This document shows positions 50,023-63,380 of a stretch of 64,000 nt of DNA, one piece after another. The notes beneath the pieces were generated by a model. The model ran no database searches. It was given only the letters and a program-made list of their open reading frames with translations, and was not told where the DNA came from. Location: contig NW_026576938.1 in the NCBI RefSeq assembly GCF_028641065.1, positions 1-64,000 on the forward strand. Direction: 5' to 3'. The stretch comes from Leucoraja erinacea (Eukaryota). How positions within the stretch are numbered: the first letter of the stretch is position 1; every line of letters starts with the position of its first letter. Made by a program: the position numbers and the translations under genes.

Positions 50023-51945
50023 ATGCCAGGATCCAAGGGGACAGCCATCGGCATCGACCTGGGCACCACCTACTCCTGTGTCGCCGTCTTCCAACATGGC
50101 AAGGTGGAAATCATCGCCAACGACCAGGGCAACCGCACCACCCCCAGCTACGTGGCCTTCAACGACACCGAGAGGCTCATCGGCGACGCTGCCAAGAACC
50201 AGGTGGCCATGAACCCGTCCAACACCGTCTTCGACGCCAAGAGGCTCATCGGGAGGAGGTTCGACGACCCCGTGGTCCAGGCCGACATGAAGCACTGGCC
50301 CTTCCAGGTGGTGAGCGACGCTGGGAAGCCCAAGGTGAAGGTGGAGTACAAGGGGGAGAATAAAACCTTCTACCCGGAGGAGATCTCCTCCATGGTGCTG
50401 ACCAAGATGAAGGAGGTTGCCGAGGCTTATCTGGGCACCAGTGTTACCAATGCTGTTGTCACCGTGCCCGCTTACTTCAATGACTCCCAGCGGCAGGCAA
50501 CCAAAGATGCCGGCGTGATCGCTGGTCTCAATGTCCTGCGTGTCATCAACGAACCAACTGCAGGTGCCATTGCCTACGGCCTGGACAAGAAGGGCAGTGG
50601 AGAGCGCAATGTCCTCATCTTTGACCTGGGTGGCGGCACCTTCGACGTGTCCATCCTCGCCATCGATGACGGTATCTTTGAAGTGAAATCCACCACCGGC
50701 GACACCCACCTGGGTGGAGAGGACTTTGACAATCGTATGGTCAGCCACTTCATTGAGGAGTTCAAGCGGAAAAACAAGAAGGACATTAGCCCGAACAAGA
50801 GGGCGGTGAGGAGGCTGCGGACAGCCTGCGAGAGAGCTAAGAGAACCTTGTCTTCCAGCACCCAAGCCAGTATTGAGATCGACTCTCTGTTTGAGGGCAT
50901 TGACTTCTACACCTCAATCACCAGGGCTCGGTTTGAGGAACTGAACGCTGATCTGCTCCGAGGCACGCTGGAGCCGGTGGAGAAAGCCTTGAGAGATGCC
51001 AAGTTGGACAAGTCTCAGGTCCATGAGATTGTCCTGGTCGGCGGCTCCACCCGCATCCCCAAGATCCAGAAGATGCTGCAAGATTTCTTCAACGGCAAGG
51101 AGCTGAACAAGAGCATCAACCCTGACGAGGCGGTGGCCTACGGGGCGGCTGTCCAAGCGGCCATTCTGATGGGGGACAAGTCGGAGAACGTCCAGGATCT
51201 GCTTCTCCTGGACGTTGCTGCTCTGTCCATGGGTCTGGAGACGGCGGGCGGTGTCATGACCACACTCATCAAGAGGAACACCACCATTCCCACCAAGCAG
51301 ACCCAGATCTTCAGCACCTACACTGACAACCAGCCTGGCGTCCTCGTTCAGGTATACGAGGGCGAGAGGGCCATGACCAAGGACAACAACCTCCTGGGCA
51401 AGTTTGACTTGAGCGGCATCCCACCTGCCCCTCGTGGAGTGCCCCAGATCGAGGTGACCTTCGACATCGACGCCAATGGCATCCTCAACGTGTCTGCCGC
51501 TGACAAGAGCACTGGCAGGACAAACAAGATCACCATCACCAACGACAAGGGCCGGCTGAGCAAGGAGGAGATTGACCGAATGGTGCAAGATGCAGAGAAG
51601 TATAAGAATGAGGATGAAATGCAGAGGGAGAAGGTCGCAGCCAAGAACTCCCTGGAGTCCTACGTCTACAACGTGAAGAGCACGATGGCCGATGAGAAGG
51701 TGGCGAGTAAGGTCAGCGATGAGGACAAGAGGGCGGTGGTTGACCGGTGCAACCAGACGATATCGTGGCTGGAGAAGAATCAGACGGCGGAGGTCGAGGA
51801 GTTTCAGCACCAGCAGAAAGAGCTGGAGAAAGTCTGCCGTCCCGTCATTGCCAAACTTTCCCAAGGAGCGGCCCCGGGAGAGTCATGCCGAGATCAGGCC
51901 CGGGACACCGCTTCCTCAGGGCCCACCATTGAGGAGGTGGATTGA
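50023..51945 (+). CDS. hsp70: Heat shock protein 70, copy 2 (inducible HSPA1-like), 640 aa
   Basis: All three HSP70 signatures ([37 protein letters not shown]), EEVD end, no GGMP repeats, uninterrupted ORF, HSE+TATA promoter. AATAAA at 52222. Confidence 0.97.
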   Translation: MPGSKGTAIGIDLGTTYSCVAVFQHGKVEIIANDQGNRTTPSYVAFNDTERLIGDAAKNQVAMNPSNTVFDAKRLIGRRFDDPVVQADMKHWPFQVVSDAGKPKVKVEYKGENKTFYPEEISSMVLTKMKEVAEAYLGTSVTNAVVTVPAYFNDSQRQATKDAGVIAGLNVLRVINEPTAGAIAYGLDKKGSGERNVLIFDLGGGTFDVSILAIDDGIFEVKSTTGDTHLGGEDFDNRMVSHFIEEFKRKNKKDISPNKRAVRRLRTACERAKRTLSSSTQASIEIDSLFEGIDFYTSITRARFEELNADLLRGTLEPVEKALRDAKLDKSQVHEIVLVGGSTRIPKIQKMLQDFFNGKELNKSINPDEAVAYGAAVQAAILMGDKSENVQDLLLLDVAALSMGLETAGGVMTTLIKRNTTIPTKQTQIFSTYTDNQPGVLVQVYEGERAMTKDNNLLGKFDLSGIPPAPRGVPQIEVTFDIDANGILNVSAADKSTGRTNKITITNDKGRLSKEEIDRMVQDAEKYKNEDEMQREKVAAKNSLESYVYNVKSTMADEKVASKVSDEDKRAVVDRCNQTISWLEKNQTAEVEEFQHQQKELEKVCRPVIAKLSQGAAPGESCRDQARDTASSGPTIEEVD

Positions 51946-54900
51946 AAGCCAACAAATATTATCAGAACATATTGAACTTAAACTAATGGCACTGACCTCC
52001 TAGTTTCCTGAGGACATTCCTGAACTCTTTTGTAATTATTTGAAATTTGTGTTTAAAAAAATTTGAGTGTGTGGGGGGGTAACCCATCGGGGCTTTTGGT
52101 ATCTTCTTGGATTATTGTTGTATATGTTGCCTTCTGTACATTATTTTTAATTGTTCTACTTGGTGGTTTTACTTTGTATAGCTTTGTTTAAATATCATGT
52201 TTTCTAAGGTGGCTTTTTGCCAATAAACAGCCTCTTGACGTTTAACCATGTAGTGGTGTTTCTATTTGACACAAGGAACTGCAGATTGTGGTTTACAATC
52301 AAAGAGGAACTAAATGCTGCAGTAACTCAAATGGGCTGGGCAGCATCTCTGGAGAACCTGGTTAGGTGACATTTTGGTTACGGACTCATCTCGACTCTTT
52401 GTACGCATATCTAGTCCGTGAGAGATGCAGAGGTATGGTGACCTAGTGGTTTGGGCAGCATGTCTGGAGAACATGGTTCAGTGCCATTTTGGGTTGGGAC
52501 CATTATTTAGACATTTCATATGCATATGTGCTAAAGTAACTTAGTGAGTTGCAGCATCACTGACGAACATGGATGCCATAATCCTGAGCTGAAACAACAC
52601 CTATCCATGTTCTCCAGAGAGAACGCATGACTTGCTGAGATACTTCGGCACTTTGCTTCCTCTCATGTCTTGCTTCAACTCTTGACACTTCCCCCACTCC
52701 CATCTCTATTCTCCTCCCAGCAGACAAATTGAAGCCTCGGGCTATTACCATTATGATTTGAATTTGTTAATTCTGTGGAGAACGATGGTATGAAAACTCT
52801 TTGCTACAATTCTAAGGTAAACCAATGTCAGCTCTCGTAAGCTGAATATTCTGCCTGTCTGCACAGGTATGCCTGGCCCATTGTAATGGCTATCTTGAAC
52901 CAAGACCATTTCAACCTTTTGACCCAATTTTTTTTAAAACAACCAGTTCTTGGAGACCATTATCTGATCTCATGGTTATTGTCTATCTTAATTGATAGGT
53001 GGTTGCAGGGAAGGGATGAGGGAAGGTGGTGATTGCCAGCTCCAGAAGAGTAAGTGACAAAGCCCAGGGATGCAAAGGAGATCAAAAGATCAAAAAATCT
53101 AAGAGGGGAGAAGGACACGACAGTGGCAGAAATGGATGGAGACCTTCTGCAATTCCTTGTTTTTCCTGTTTTTGTGCTTGCGGTAATAATCATTACTTTG
53201 AAGGAAACGTGTCAATTAAGTTCCCTGTTTTCCGAAATACCTCACAGTACTATTAAACTAATTGAACGTGGTCAGCTGTGGCCATTGAGCAAGCCTACAA
53301 GTACTATTTACCCACCACAGCCCTTCTGTTCTATCACTTGAACTCCTTTGCGAAACATATTTTGAACTGACTACCCATAATAAACCCCTTAACGCGTAGT
53401 TTTATGGCTGACAAAGGTCACATGCTTAAAATGTGTCAGTCTGGAATGTGTCACCATTCTTGGTGAAGTTGGCACAATTCTCTCTGACTGCTCTCTGATC
53501 CCCTTTGGAGATGAAGAACCTAAATGTCCCCCTTTTTTTCATATCAAAAAAATAATGTATTTAAATTCCAACATGATACTAATTTTTTTTAAAACACAAA
53601 ACCGTGGTGACACACCCACCACCATATTACAGAATCACCAAACTCTTCTGACATTAAATTACAAACAACTATGTTACAAATAACATCACCCTCTCCAACA
53701 CCGCCCAGGCGCGGACGTAACCCCGGGAAAGGGGCACGCATCCAGGCTCGGGCAAAGCTCTCTTCCGCCTGGCGCCGTGACTCGAGGATGGCCAGCTTGG
53801 CAAGGCCAAGGATCAACACAACCAGGACATCTTCGGCCCTGCTCACTCCCAAGATCCCGTCACCAGTCCTTCGGTCACTGACAGTCGTGCCACTTCTGTC
53901 CCTGCGGGCCCCTAGGTCAAGTGGCGGTGCTCCTTGCCCTCTGGACCCTGGCTACAAGGAACGCTCTATTGGTCCCCCGATGTTCCCCATGGTTGCATCC
54001 CACTAGTGTGTCGGGGAGTCTTCGACACCCCTCCACCCGCCACCCCCCCCCCCCCCCCCCCCCCCCCACACACACACACCACTACCACCACCACCCCCAC
54101 CATCCGCACCATCCCAACCCACACCCCCACCACCTACCGTTGTTACAAAACCTACCATCAGCGGCGCTCCAGATCTGCCACTGCCTGTGGGTGCGATTCC
54201 GGAGGCAGTGGTAGGCGACTCCGGAGGCTGTGGGGGACGGATTAAAATTCAGGTTTGTATTGGTTGTCGGAGAGGTATTTGCTCGGACTTACAAGTTGAT
54301 AAAGAAAATTCGTTCTGCGCTTCTGTTCCCGTTTAAAAAAAAGTTCCTCGACGATTGCATCACTGGATTGAAGTTAAACGCGACTTCTAACGCCTTCAAC
54401 ATCTCGGATCAAAATCAACATCAAGGACTTCCACATCAGGACAAAACAAAAGTTATCTCATTTATTTAACATCTTACCTTGCTTCTTGGTGTAGTTTCAT
54501 TGAAATCTGATGATTCAAGATATGTTATTTAGGCCCCGATATCGGCCATGTCTTGCCTGCCTATATAGCGGGGCTTATCACGGCAGCGGCCACATCCCGA
54601 TCTATCACAAAGCACTCTCAAGATAACTAAATTCATTATTTGTTTGCACAATCATCTCATAAGAACATGTAACTCGTCTATATTTTGTGTTTTTGTCTAT
54701 TTTTTAATAAATATATTTTTAGCCTTTTAAGAATGGGATGTTTAGATCTAGTAATTGAATTTAGATGAATTTCATTGATTTGATGACACTGATGAACATG
54801 CTTTTTTTGTTGAGTATTTACAGTTTGTTTTAACGTTACAATAATATTAAAGTTCTGATCTTGATAATAACACATTTTTGATTTTTTTAAGGCAGTCTGG

Positions 54901-55187
54901 GTGTTTATTACTATTTCCGTCACAACGGTCCATTTGTAATTAATTAAATAAGTAAGTAAGTAAGTTTATTGGCCAAGTATTCACATACAAGGAATAAGCC
55001 TGGGTGCTCCGCCAACAAGTAACAACATGACATACAGTGACAGCTACGAATGACTCAGAAAACACTAAACATTAATAATAATAAAATATTAATGATAAAA
55101 CACCATTGATCAAGCATGTGAACCAACAAAATACCAGATCAAAGGGACGCTACAGTTAGGTAACTACTAATCTACAATTAGGTAACC

Positions 55188-55708
55188 TTAGAAGATTGAG
55201 GGGGGACCATATAGAAACTTACAAAATTCTTAAGGGGTTGGACAGGCTAGATGCAGGAAGATTGTTCCCGATGTTGGGGAAGTCCAGAACAAGGGGTCAC
55301 AGTTTAAGGATAAGGGGGAAGTCTTTTAGGACCGAGATGAGAAAAAACATTTTTCACACAGAGAGTGGTGAATCTGTGGAATTCTCTGCCACAGAAGGTA
55401 GTTGAGGCCAGTTCATTGGCTATATTTAAGAGAGAGTTAGATGGGGCCGTTGTGGCTAAAGGGATCAGGGGTGTATGGAGAGAAGGCAGGTACAGGATAC
55501 TGAGTTGCATGATCAGCCATGATCATATTGAATGGCAGGGCAGGCTCGATGTGTTTTGTTTTGCCTTCCTTCACAGCGAGGAGAAGATGCGCTTTGAAGG
55601 ATGTTTGTGTAAATTGTGTTGTGTCTTGGGCCTTTTTCGTTAAATTGTATTGTATTGTATTGTAAGGCCCGAATGGCCTCTACTCCTGTACATATTTTCT
55701 ATGTTTCT
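55188..55708 (+). mobile_element. CR1 3' fragment, duplicated with the hsp70 unit (second copy ~61827-62408)
   Basis: [19 protein letters not shown] motif and CR1 3' UTR, with a small internal insertion. Confidence 0.8.
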
Positions 55709-56085
55709 CACTAATTATATGCTTTAATTTCATGTAATCCAAGTAAAATGTATCATATTTGTTTCAGAATACTTCAATCTACAATGACTGACAATTTCAT
55801 TCTGTTCTCTAATTTGTTAAGAAATCTATGGGCTTTTATGTCAATCGACTGACATCCATCTCAGCTTCTGTGTTACGTTGATGGAAAAGCAATAGGGAGC
55901 AAGATGCTAATTTCCCAGTATGAAAAGGACCATAACTTTTGTAGAACTGAAGACATTAACGTGAATTCGGTATCAGATTAAAGTTATTGTTATGCTTAAT
56001 CTGATCGGATAAATTACAGGCTTGATTTTTACAATATCAAAAATGTGTAACATTCCTGCACCACCCCCGCCCCCACCCACACAAC

Positions 56086-56488
56086 AACTTTCCAGCACTT
56101 TCTGGCCACTCTCCGGAACTTTCTGCCACTTTCCCGAACTTTACAGAACTTTCTCGCTCAATCTAAAGCCGCCGCCCCCAGCAGCTTCCTGCATTCGCCG
56201 ATGAGAACACCGACACGCTCTCCCATTGGCCGACGGCGCCGTCAATCAAAGCGTGGGCGGGTCTTGCGCGGGTCTAACCCCCGCCATTGGCTGGTGGTTC
56301 GGAAAGTCTAACCTCATTGGCCGACAGGTCCTGGCGAATCCCCGCCCCCGGCGGCGCCGATCTCCCCTGCGATTGGTCAATTGCTTCAGAACGTTCTCCA
56401 ACGTTCTGGCGGTGACTCACCGGCGCCTCTTCCCATTGGTCGAGCCCAGCGCAGCGCCGCCCACAGCTGGGACGCTCAAGGTATATAA
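56086..56488 (+). promoter_or_regulatory. hsp70 copy 3 promoter (distal HSE array, proximal HSE, AP-1, TATA)
   Basis: Distal array at 56086-56155, HSE at 56388-56407, TATATAA at 56482-56488. Confidence 0.85.
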
Positions 56489-56687
56489 GGAGCTGGTGGC
56501 TGGTTGTTCGAGCAACTTGCAGCGGGACAGAGAGAGAAAGAAGGAAAGAACTATCGGAAAGAAAGCAGAAGCTAAATAAGAAAGAGAAGAAGTGGAAGGA
56601 AAAGGAGAAGAGGAAGGAAAAGAGGAAAAAAACAACGACTGCGACTGAAGACAGGTATCTGAAGACAAACTTTGTCGAGAACCAGAG

Positions 56688-58610
56688 ATGCCAGGATCCA
56701 AGGGGACAGCCATCGGCATCGACCTGGGCACCACCTACTCCTGTGTCGCCGTCTTCCAACATGGCAAGGTGGAAATCATCGCCAACGACCAGGGCAACCG
56801 CACCACCCCCAGCTACGTGGCCTTCAACGACACCGAGAGGCTCATCGGCGACGCTGCCAAGAACCAGGTGGCCATGAACCCGTCCAACACCGTCTTCGAC
56901 GCCAAGAGGCTCATCGGGAGGAGGTTCGACGACCCCGTGGTCCAGTCCGACATGAAGCACTGGCCCTTCCAGGTGGTGAGCGACGCTGGGAAGCCCAAGG
57001 TGAAGGTGGAGTACAAGGGGGAGAATAAAACCTTCTACCCGGAGGAGATCTCCTCCATGGTGCTGACCAAGATGAAGGAGGTGGCCGAGGCTTACCTGGG
57101 CACCAGTGTCACCAATGCTGTTGTCACCGTGCCCGCTTACTTCAATGACTCCCAGCGGCAGGCAACCAAAGATGCCGGCGTGATCGCTGGTCTCAATGTC
57201 CTGCGTGTCATCAACGAACCAACTGCAGGTGCCATTGCCTACGGCCTGGACAAGAAGGGCAGTGGAGAGCGCAATGTCCTCATCTTTGACCTGGGTGGCG
57301 GCACCTTCGACGTGTCCATCCTCGCCATCGATGACGGTATCTTTGAAGTGAAGTCCACCACCGGCGATACTCACCTGGGTGGAGAGGACTTTGACAATCG
57401 CATGGTCAGCCACTTCATTGAGGAGTTCAAGCGGAAAAACAAGAAGGACATTAGCCCGAACAAGAGGGCGGTGAGGAGGCTGCGGACAGCCTGCGAGAGA
57501 GCTAAGAGAACCTTGTCTTCCAGCACCCAAGCAAGTATTGAGATCGACTCTCTGTTTGAGGGAATTGACTTGTACACCTCAATCACCAGGGCTCGGTTTG
57601 AGGAACTGAACGCTGACCTGCTCCGAGGCACGCTGGATCCAGTGGAGAATGCACTGACAGATGCCAAGTTGGACAAGTCTCAGGTCCATGAGATTGTCCT
57701 GGTCGGCGGCTCCACCCGCATCCCCAAGATCCAGAAGCTGCTGCAAGATTTCTTCAACGGCAAGGAGCTGAACAAGAGCATCAACCCTGACGAGGCGGTG
57801 GCCTACGGGGCGGCTGTCCAAGCGGCCATTCTGATGGGGGACAAGTCGGAGAACGTCCAGGATCTGCTGCTCCTGGACGTTGCTGCTCTGTCCATGGGTC
57901 TGGAGACGGCGGGCGGTGTCATGACCACACTCATCAAGAGGAACACAACCATTCCCACCAAGCAGACCCAGATCTTCAGCACCTACACTGACAACCAGCC
58001 TGGCGTCCTCGTTCAGGTGTACGAGGGTGAGAGGGCCATGACGAAGGACAACAACCTCCTGGGCAAGTTTGACTTGAGCGGCATCCCACCTGCCCCTCGT
58101 GGAGTGCCCCAGATCGAGGTGACATTCGACATCGACGCCAATGGCATCCTCAACGTGTCTGCCGCTGACAAGAGCACTGGCAGGACAAACAAGATCACCA
58201 TCACCAACGACAAGGGCCGGCTGAGCAAGGAGGAGATTGACCGAATGGTGCAAGATGCAGAGAAGTATAAGAATGAGGATGAAATGCAGAGGGAGAAGGT
58301 CGCAGCCAAGAACTCCCTGGAGTCCTACGCCTACAACGTGAAGAGCACGATGGCCGATGAGAAGGTGGCGAGTAAAGTCAGCGATGAGGACAAGAGGGCG
58401 GTGGTTGACCGGTGCAACCAGACGATATCGTGGCTGGAGAAGAATCAGACGGCGGAGGTCGAGGAGTTTGAGCACCAGCAGAAAGAGCTGGAGAAAGTCT
58501 GCCGTCCTGTCATTGCCAAACTTTCCCAAGGAGCGGCCCCGGGAGAGTCATGCCGAGATCAGGCCCGGGACACCGCTTCCTCAGGGCCCACCATTGAGGA
58601 GGTGGATTGA
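56688..58610 (+). CDS. hsp70: Heat shock protein 70, copy 3 (inducible HSPA1-like), 640 aa
   Basis: As copy 2, with 8 amino-acid differences by eye. AATAAA at 58887. Confidence 0.97.
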   Translation: MPGSKGTAIGIDLGTTYSCVAVFQHGKVEIIANDQGNRTTPSYVAFNDTERLIGDAAKNQVAMNPSNTVFDAKRLIGRRFDDPVVQSDMKHWPFQVVSDAGKPKVKVEYKGENKTFYPEEISSMVLTKMKEVAEAYLGTSVTNAVVTVPAYFNDSQRQATKDAGVIAGLNVLRVINEPTAGAIAYGLDKKGSGERNVLIFDLGGGTFDVSILAIDDGIFEVKSTTGDTHLGGEDFDNRMVSHFIEEFKRKNKKDISPNKRAVRRLRTACERAKRTLSSSTQASIEIDSLFEGIDLYTSITRARFEELNADLLRGTLDPVENALTDAKLDKSQVHEIVLVGGSTRIPKIQKLLQDFFNGKELNKSINPDEAVAYGAAVQAAILMGDKSENVQDLLLLDVAALSMGLETAGGVMTTLIKRNTTIPTKQTQIFSTYTDNQPGVLVQVYEGERAMTKDNNLLGKFDLSGIPPAPRGVPQIEVTFDIDANGILNVSAADKSTGRTNKITITNDKGRLSKEEIDRMVQDAEKYKNEDEMQREKVAAKNSLESYAYNVKSTMADEKVASKVSDEDKRAVVDRCNQTISWLEKNQTAEVEEFEHQQKELEKVCRPVIAKLSQGAAPGESCRDQARDTASSGPTIEEVD

Positions 58611-61546
58611 AAGCCAACAAACATCATCAGAACATATTGAACTTAAACTAATGGCACTGACCTCCTAGTTTCCTGAGGACATTCCTGAACTCTTTTGTAA
58701 TTATTTGAAATTTGTGTTTAAAACATTTTGATGGTGGGGGGGGGTAACCCATCGGGGCTTTTGGTATCTTGTCGGATTACTGTTGTATATGTTGCCTTCT
58801 GTACATTATTTTTTATTGTTCTACTTGGTGGTTTTACTTTGTATAGCTTTGTTTATATATCATGATATCTAAGGTGGCTTTTTACCAATAAACAGCCTCT
58901 TGAAGTTTAACCATGTAGTGGTGTTTCTATTTGACACAAGGAACTGCAGATTGTGGTTTACAATAAAAGAGAAACTAAATGCTGGAGTAACTCAATGAGT
59001 TGGGCAGCGTCTCTGGAGAACCTGGTTATGTGCCATTTTGGTTACGGACTCATCTCGACTCTTTGTATGCATATCTAATCCGTGAGAGAAGCAGAGGCAT
59101 GGTGACCTAGTGGTTTGGGCAGCATGTCTGGAGAACATGGTCGGGCGTTATTTTGGGTTGGGACCCTTATTTAGACACTTCATATGCATATGTGCTAAAG
59201 TAACTTAGTGAGTTGCAGCATCACTGACGAACATGGATAGTCATAGTCCTGAGCTGAAACAACACCTATCCATGTTCTCCAGAGAGAACGCATGACTTGC
59301 TGAGATACTTCGGCACTTTGCTTCCTCTCATGCCTTGCTTCAACTCTTGACACTTCCCCCACTCCCATCTCTATTCTCCTCCCAGCGGCCAATTTGAAGC
59401 CTCAGGCTATTAACATTAAGATTTGAGTTTGTTAACTCTGTGGAGAACGATGGTATGAAAACTCTTTGCTACAATTCTAAGGTAAACCAATGTCAGCTCT
59501 CGTAAGCTGAATATTCTGCCTGTCTGCACAGGTATGTCTGGCCCATTGTAATGGCTATCTTGAACCAAGACCATTTCAACCTTTTGACCCAAATTTTGTT
59601 AAAACAACCAGTTCTTTGAGACCATTATCTGATCTCATGGTTATTGTCTATCTTAAGTGATAGGTGGTTGCAGGGAAGGGATGAGGGAAGGTGGTGATTG
59701 CCAGCTCCACAAGAGTAAGTGACAAAGCCCAGGGATGCAAAGGAGATCAAAAGGTGTCAGATGAGGGGAGAGGGACACGGCAGTGGGAGAAATGGATGGA
59801 GACCTTCTGCGATTCCTTGTTTTTCCTGTTTTTTGCTTGCGGTAGTAATCCTTACTTTGAAGGAAACGTGTCAATTAAGTTCCCTGCTTTCCGAAATACC
59901 TCACAGTACTATTAAACTAATTGAACGTGTACAGCTGTGGCCATTGAGCAAGCCTACAAGTACTATTTACCCACCACAGCCCTTCTGTTCTATCACTTGA
60001 ACTCCTTTGCGAAACATATTTGGAACTGACTACCTATAATAAACCCCTTGACACGTAGTTTTATGGCTGACCAAGGTCACGTGCTTAAAATGTGTCAGTC
60101 TGAAATGTGTCACCATTCTTGGTGAAGTTGGCACAATTCTCTCTGACTGCTCTCTGAACCCCTTTGGATATGAAGAACCTAAATGTCCCCCTTTTTTTCA
60201 TATCAAAAAAATAATTTATTTAAATTCCAACATGATACAAATTAAAAAAAAAAAACACAAAACCGTGGTGACACACCCACCACCACATTACAGAATCACC
60301 AAACTATTCAGACATTAAATTACTAACAACTATGTTACAAATAACATCACCCTCTCCAACACCACCCGGGCGCGGACGTAACCCCGGGAAAGGGGCACGC
60401 ATCCAGGCTCGGGCAAAGCTCTCTTCCTCCTGGCGCCGTGACTCGAGGATGGCCAGCTTGGCCAGGCCAAGGATCAACCCAACCAGGACATCTTCGGCCC
60501 TGCTCACTCCCTAGATCCCGTCACCAGTCCTTCGGTCACTGACAGTCGTGCCACTTCTGTCCCTGCGGACCCCTAGGTCAAGTGGCGGTGCTCCTTGCCC
60601 TCTGGACCCTGGCTATAAGGGACGCTCTATTGGTCCCCCGATGTTCCCCATGGTTGCTTCCCACTAGTGTGTCGGGGAGTCTTCGACCCCCCCCCCCCCT
60701 CGGCGCACCACCACCCCAACCCACACCACCACCACCTACCGTTGTTACAAAACCTACCATCAGCGGCGCTCCAGATCTGCCACTGCCTGTGGGTGCGATT
60801 CCGGAGGCAGTGGTAGGCGATTCCGGAGGCTGTGGGGGAGGGATTAAAATTCAGGTTTGTATTGGTTGTCGGAGAGGTATTTGCTCGGACTTACAAGTTG
60901 ATAAAGAAAATTCGTTCTGCGCTTCCGTTCCCGTTTTTAAAAAAAGTTCCTCGACGAATGCATCAGTGGATTGAAGTCAAACGCGACTTCTAACGCCTTC
61001 AACATCTCGGGTCAAAATCAACATCAAGGACTTCCACATCAGGACAAAACAAAAGTTATCTCATTTATTTAACATCTTGCCTTGCTTCTTGGTGTAGTTT
61101 CATTTAAATCTGATGATTCAAAGTATGTTATTTAGGCCCCGATATCGGCCATGTCTTGCCTGCCTATATAGCGGGGCTTATCATGGCAGCGGCCACATTC
61201 CGATCTATCACAAAGCACTCTCAAGATAACTAAATTCATTATTTGTTTGCACAATCATCTCATAAGAACATGTAACTCGTCTATATTTTGTGTTTTTGTC
61301 TATTTAAAAAAAAAGATTATATTTTTAGCCTTTTAAGAATGGGATGTTTAGATCTAGTAATTGAATTTAGATGCATTTCATTGATTTGATGACACTGATG
61401 AACGTGCTTTTTTGTTGAGTATTTACTATTTGTTTTAACGTTACAATAATATTAAAGTTCTGATCTTGAGAATATCACATTTTTGATTTTTTTTTAAGGC
61501 AGTCTGGGTGTTGATTACCATTTCCGTCACAACGGCCAATTTGTAA

Positions 61547-61547
61547 T

Positions 61548-61604
<57 letters not shown>
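61547..61604. repeat. (TAAG)n microsatellite, expanded relative to the paralogous site near 54948
   Basis: About 14 copies versus about 4 in the previous tandem unit. Confidence 0.9.
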
Positions 61605-62786
61605 TTATTGGCCAAGTATTCACATACAAGGAATTTGCCTTGGTGCTCCACCCACAAGGAACAACATGACATACAGTGACAGTTACGAATGACTCAGAAA
61701 ACACTAAACATTAATAATAATAAAATATTAATGATAAAACACAATTGATCAAGCATGTTAACCAACAAAATACCAGATCAAAGGGAGGCTACAGTTAGGC
61801 AACTACTAATCTACAATTAGGTAACCTTAGAAGATTGAGGGGGGACCTTATAGAAACTTACAAAATTCTTAAGGGGTTGGACAGGCTAGATGCAGGAAGA
61901 TTGTTCCCGATGTTGGGGAAGTCCAGAACAAGGGGTCACAGTTTAAGGATAAGGGGGAAGTCTTGTAGGACCGAGATGAGAAAAAACATTTTTTACACAG
62001 AGAGTGGTGAATCTGTGGAATTCTCTGCCACAGAAGGTAGTTGAGGCCAGTTCATTGGCTATATTTAAGAGAGAGTTAGATGGGGCCGTTGTAGCTAAAG
62101 GGATCAGGGGGGTATGGAGAGAAGGCAGGTACAGGATACTGAGTTGCATGATCAGCCTTGATCATATTGAATGGCAGGGCAAGCTCGATGTGTTTTTTTT
62201 TGCCTTCCTTCACAGCGAGGAGAAGATGCGCTATGAAGGATGTTTGTGTAAATTGTGTTGAGTCTTGGGTCTTTTTCGTTTTGTATGTATGGCTGCAGAA
62301 ACGACATTTCGTTTGGACCTCAACGGGGTCCAAACGACAAATAAATTGTATTGTATTGTATTGTAAGGCCCGAATGGCCTCTACTCCTGTACATATTTTC
62401 TATGTTTCTCACTAATTATATGCTTTAATTTCATGTCATGCAAGTAAGATGTATCATATTTGTTTCAGAATACTTCAATCTACAATGACTAACAATTTCA
62501 TTCTGTTCTCTAATTTGTTAAGAAATCTATGGGCTTTTATGTCAATCGACTGACATCCATCTCAGCTTCTGTGTTAAGTTGATGGAAAAGCAATAGGGAG
62601 CAAGATGCTAATTTCCCAGTATGAAAAGGGCCTTAATTTTTTTAATACTGAAGACATTAACGTGAATTCGGTATCAGATTAAAGTTATTGTTATGCTTAA
62701 TCTGATGGGATAAATTACAGGCTTCATTTTTACAATATCAAAAATGTGTAACATTCCTGCACCACCCTCGCCCCCACCCACACAAC

Positions 62787-63189
62787 AACTTTCCAGCACT
62801 TTCTGGCCACTCTCCCGAACTTTCTGCCACTTTCCCGAACTTTACAGAACTTTCTCGCTCAATCTAAAGCCGCCGGCCCCAGCAGCTTCCTGCATTCGCC
62901 GATGAGATCACCGACACGCTCGCCCACTGGTCGCCGGCGCCGTCAATCAAACCGTGGGCGGGTCTTGTGCGTATCCAACCCCCGCCATTGGCTGGTTGTT
63001 CGGGGAGTCTAACCTCATTGGCCGGCAGGTCCCGGCGAATCCCCGCCCCCGGCGGCGCCGGTCTCCCCTGCGATTGGTCAATTGCTTCAGAACGTTCTCC
63101 AACGTTCTGGCGGTGACTCACCGGCGCCTCCTCCCATTGGTCGAGCCCAGCGCAGCGCCGCCCACATCTGGGCCGCTCAAGGTATATAA
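62787..63189 (+). promoter_or_regulatory. hsp70 copy 4 promoter (distal HSE array, proximal HSE, AP-1, TATA)
   Basis: Distal array at 62787-62856, HSE at 63089-63108, TATATAA at 63183-63189. Confidence 0.85.
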
Positions 63190-63380
63190 GGAGCTGGTGG
63201 CTGGTTGTTCGAGCAACTTGCAGCGGGACAGAGAGAGAAAGAAGGAAAGAACTATCGGAAAGAAAGCAGAAGTTAAAGAAGGAAGAGAAGTAGAAGGAAG
63301 AGAAGAAGCGGAAAGAGGAAAAAAACAACGACTGCGACTGAAGACAGGAATCTGAAGACAAACTTTGTCGAGAACCAGAG

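Noticed and set aside
44584-58529. Long antisense ORFs (290-418 aa) opposite the hsp70 genes
   Set aside because: Antisense ORFs are a well-known by-product of HSP70 codon bias. They are broken differently between copies and show no independent gene signals.
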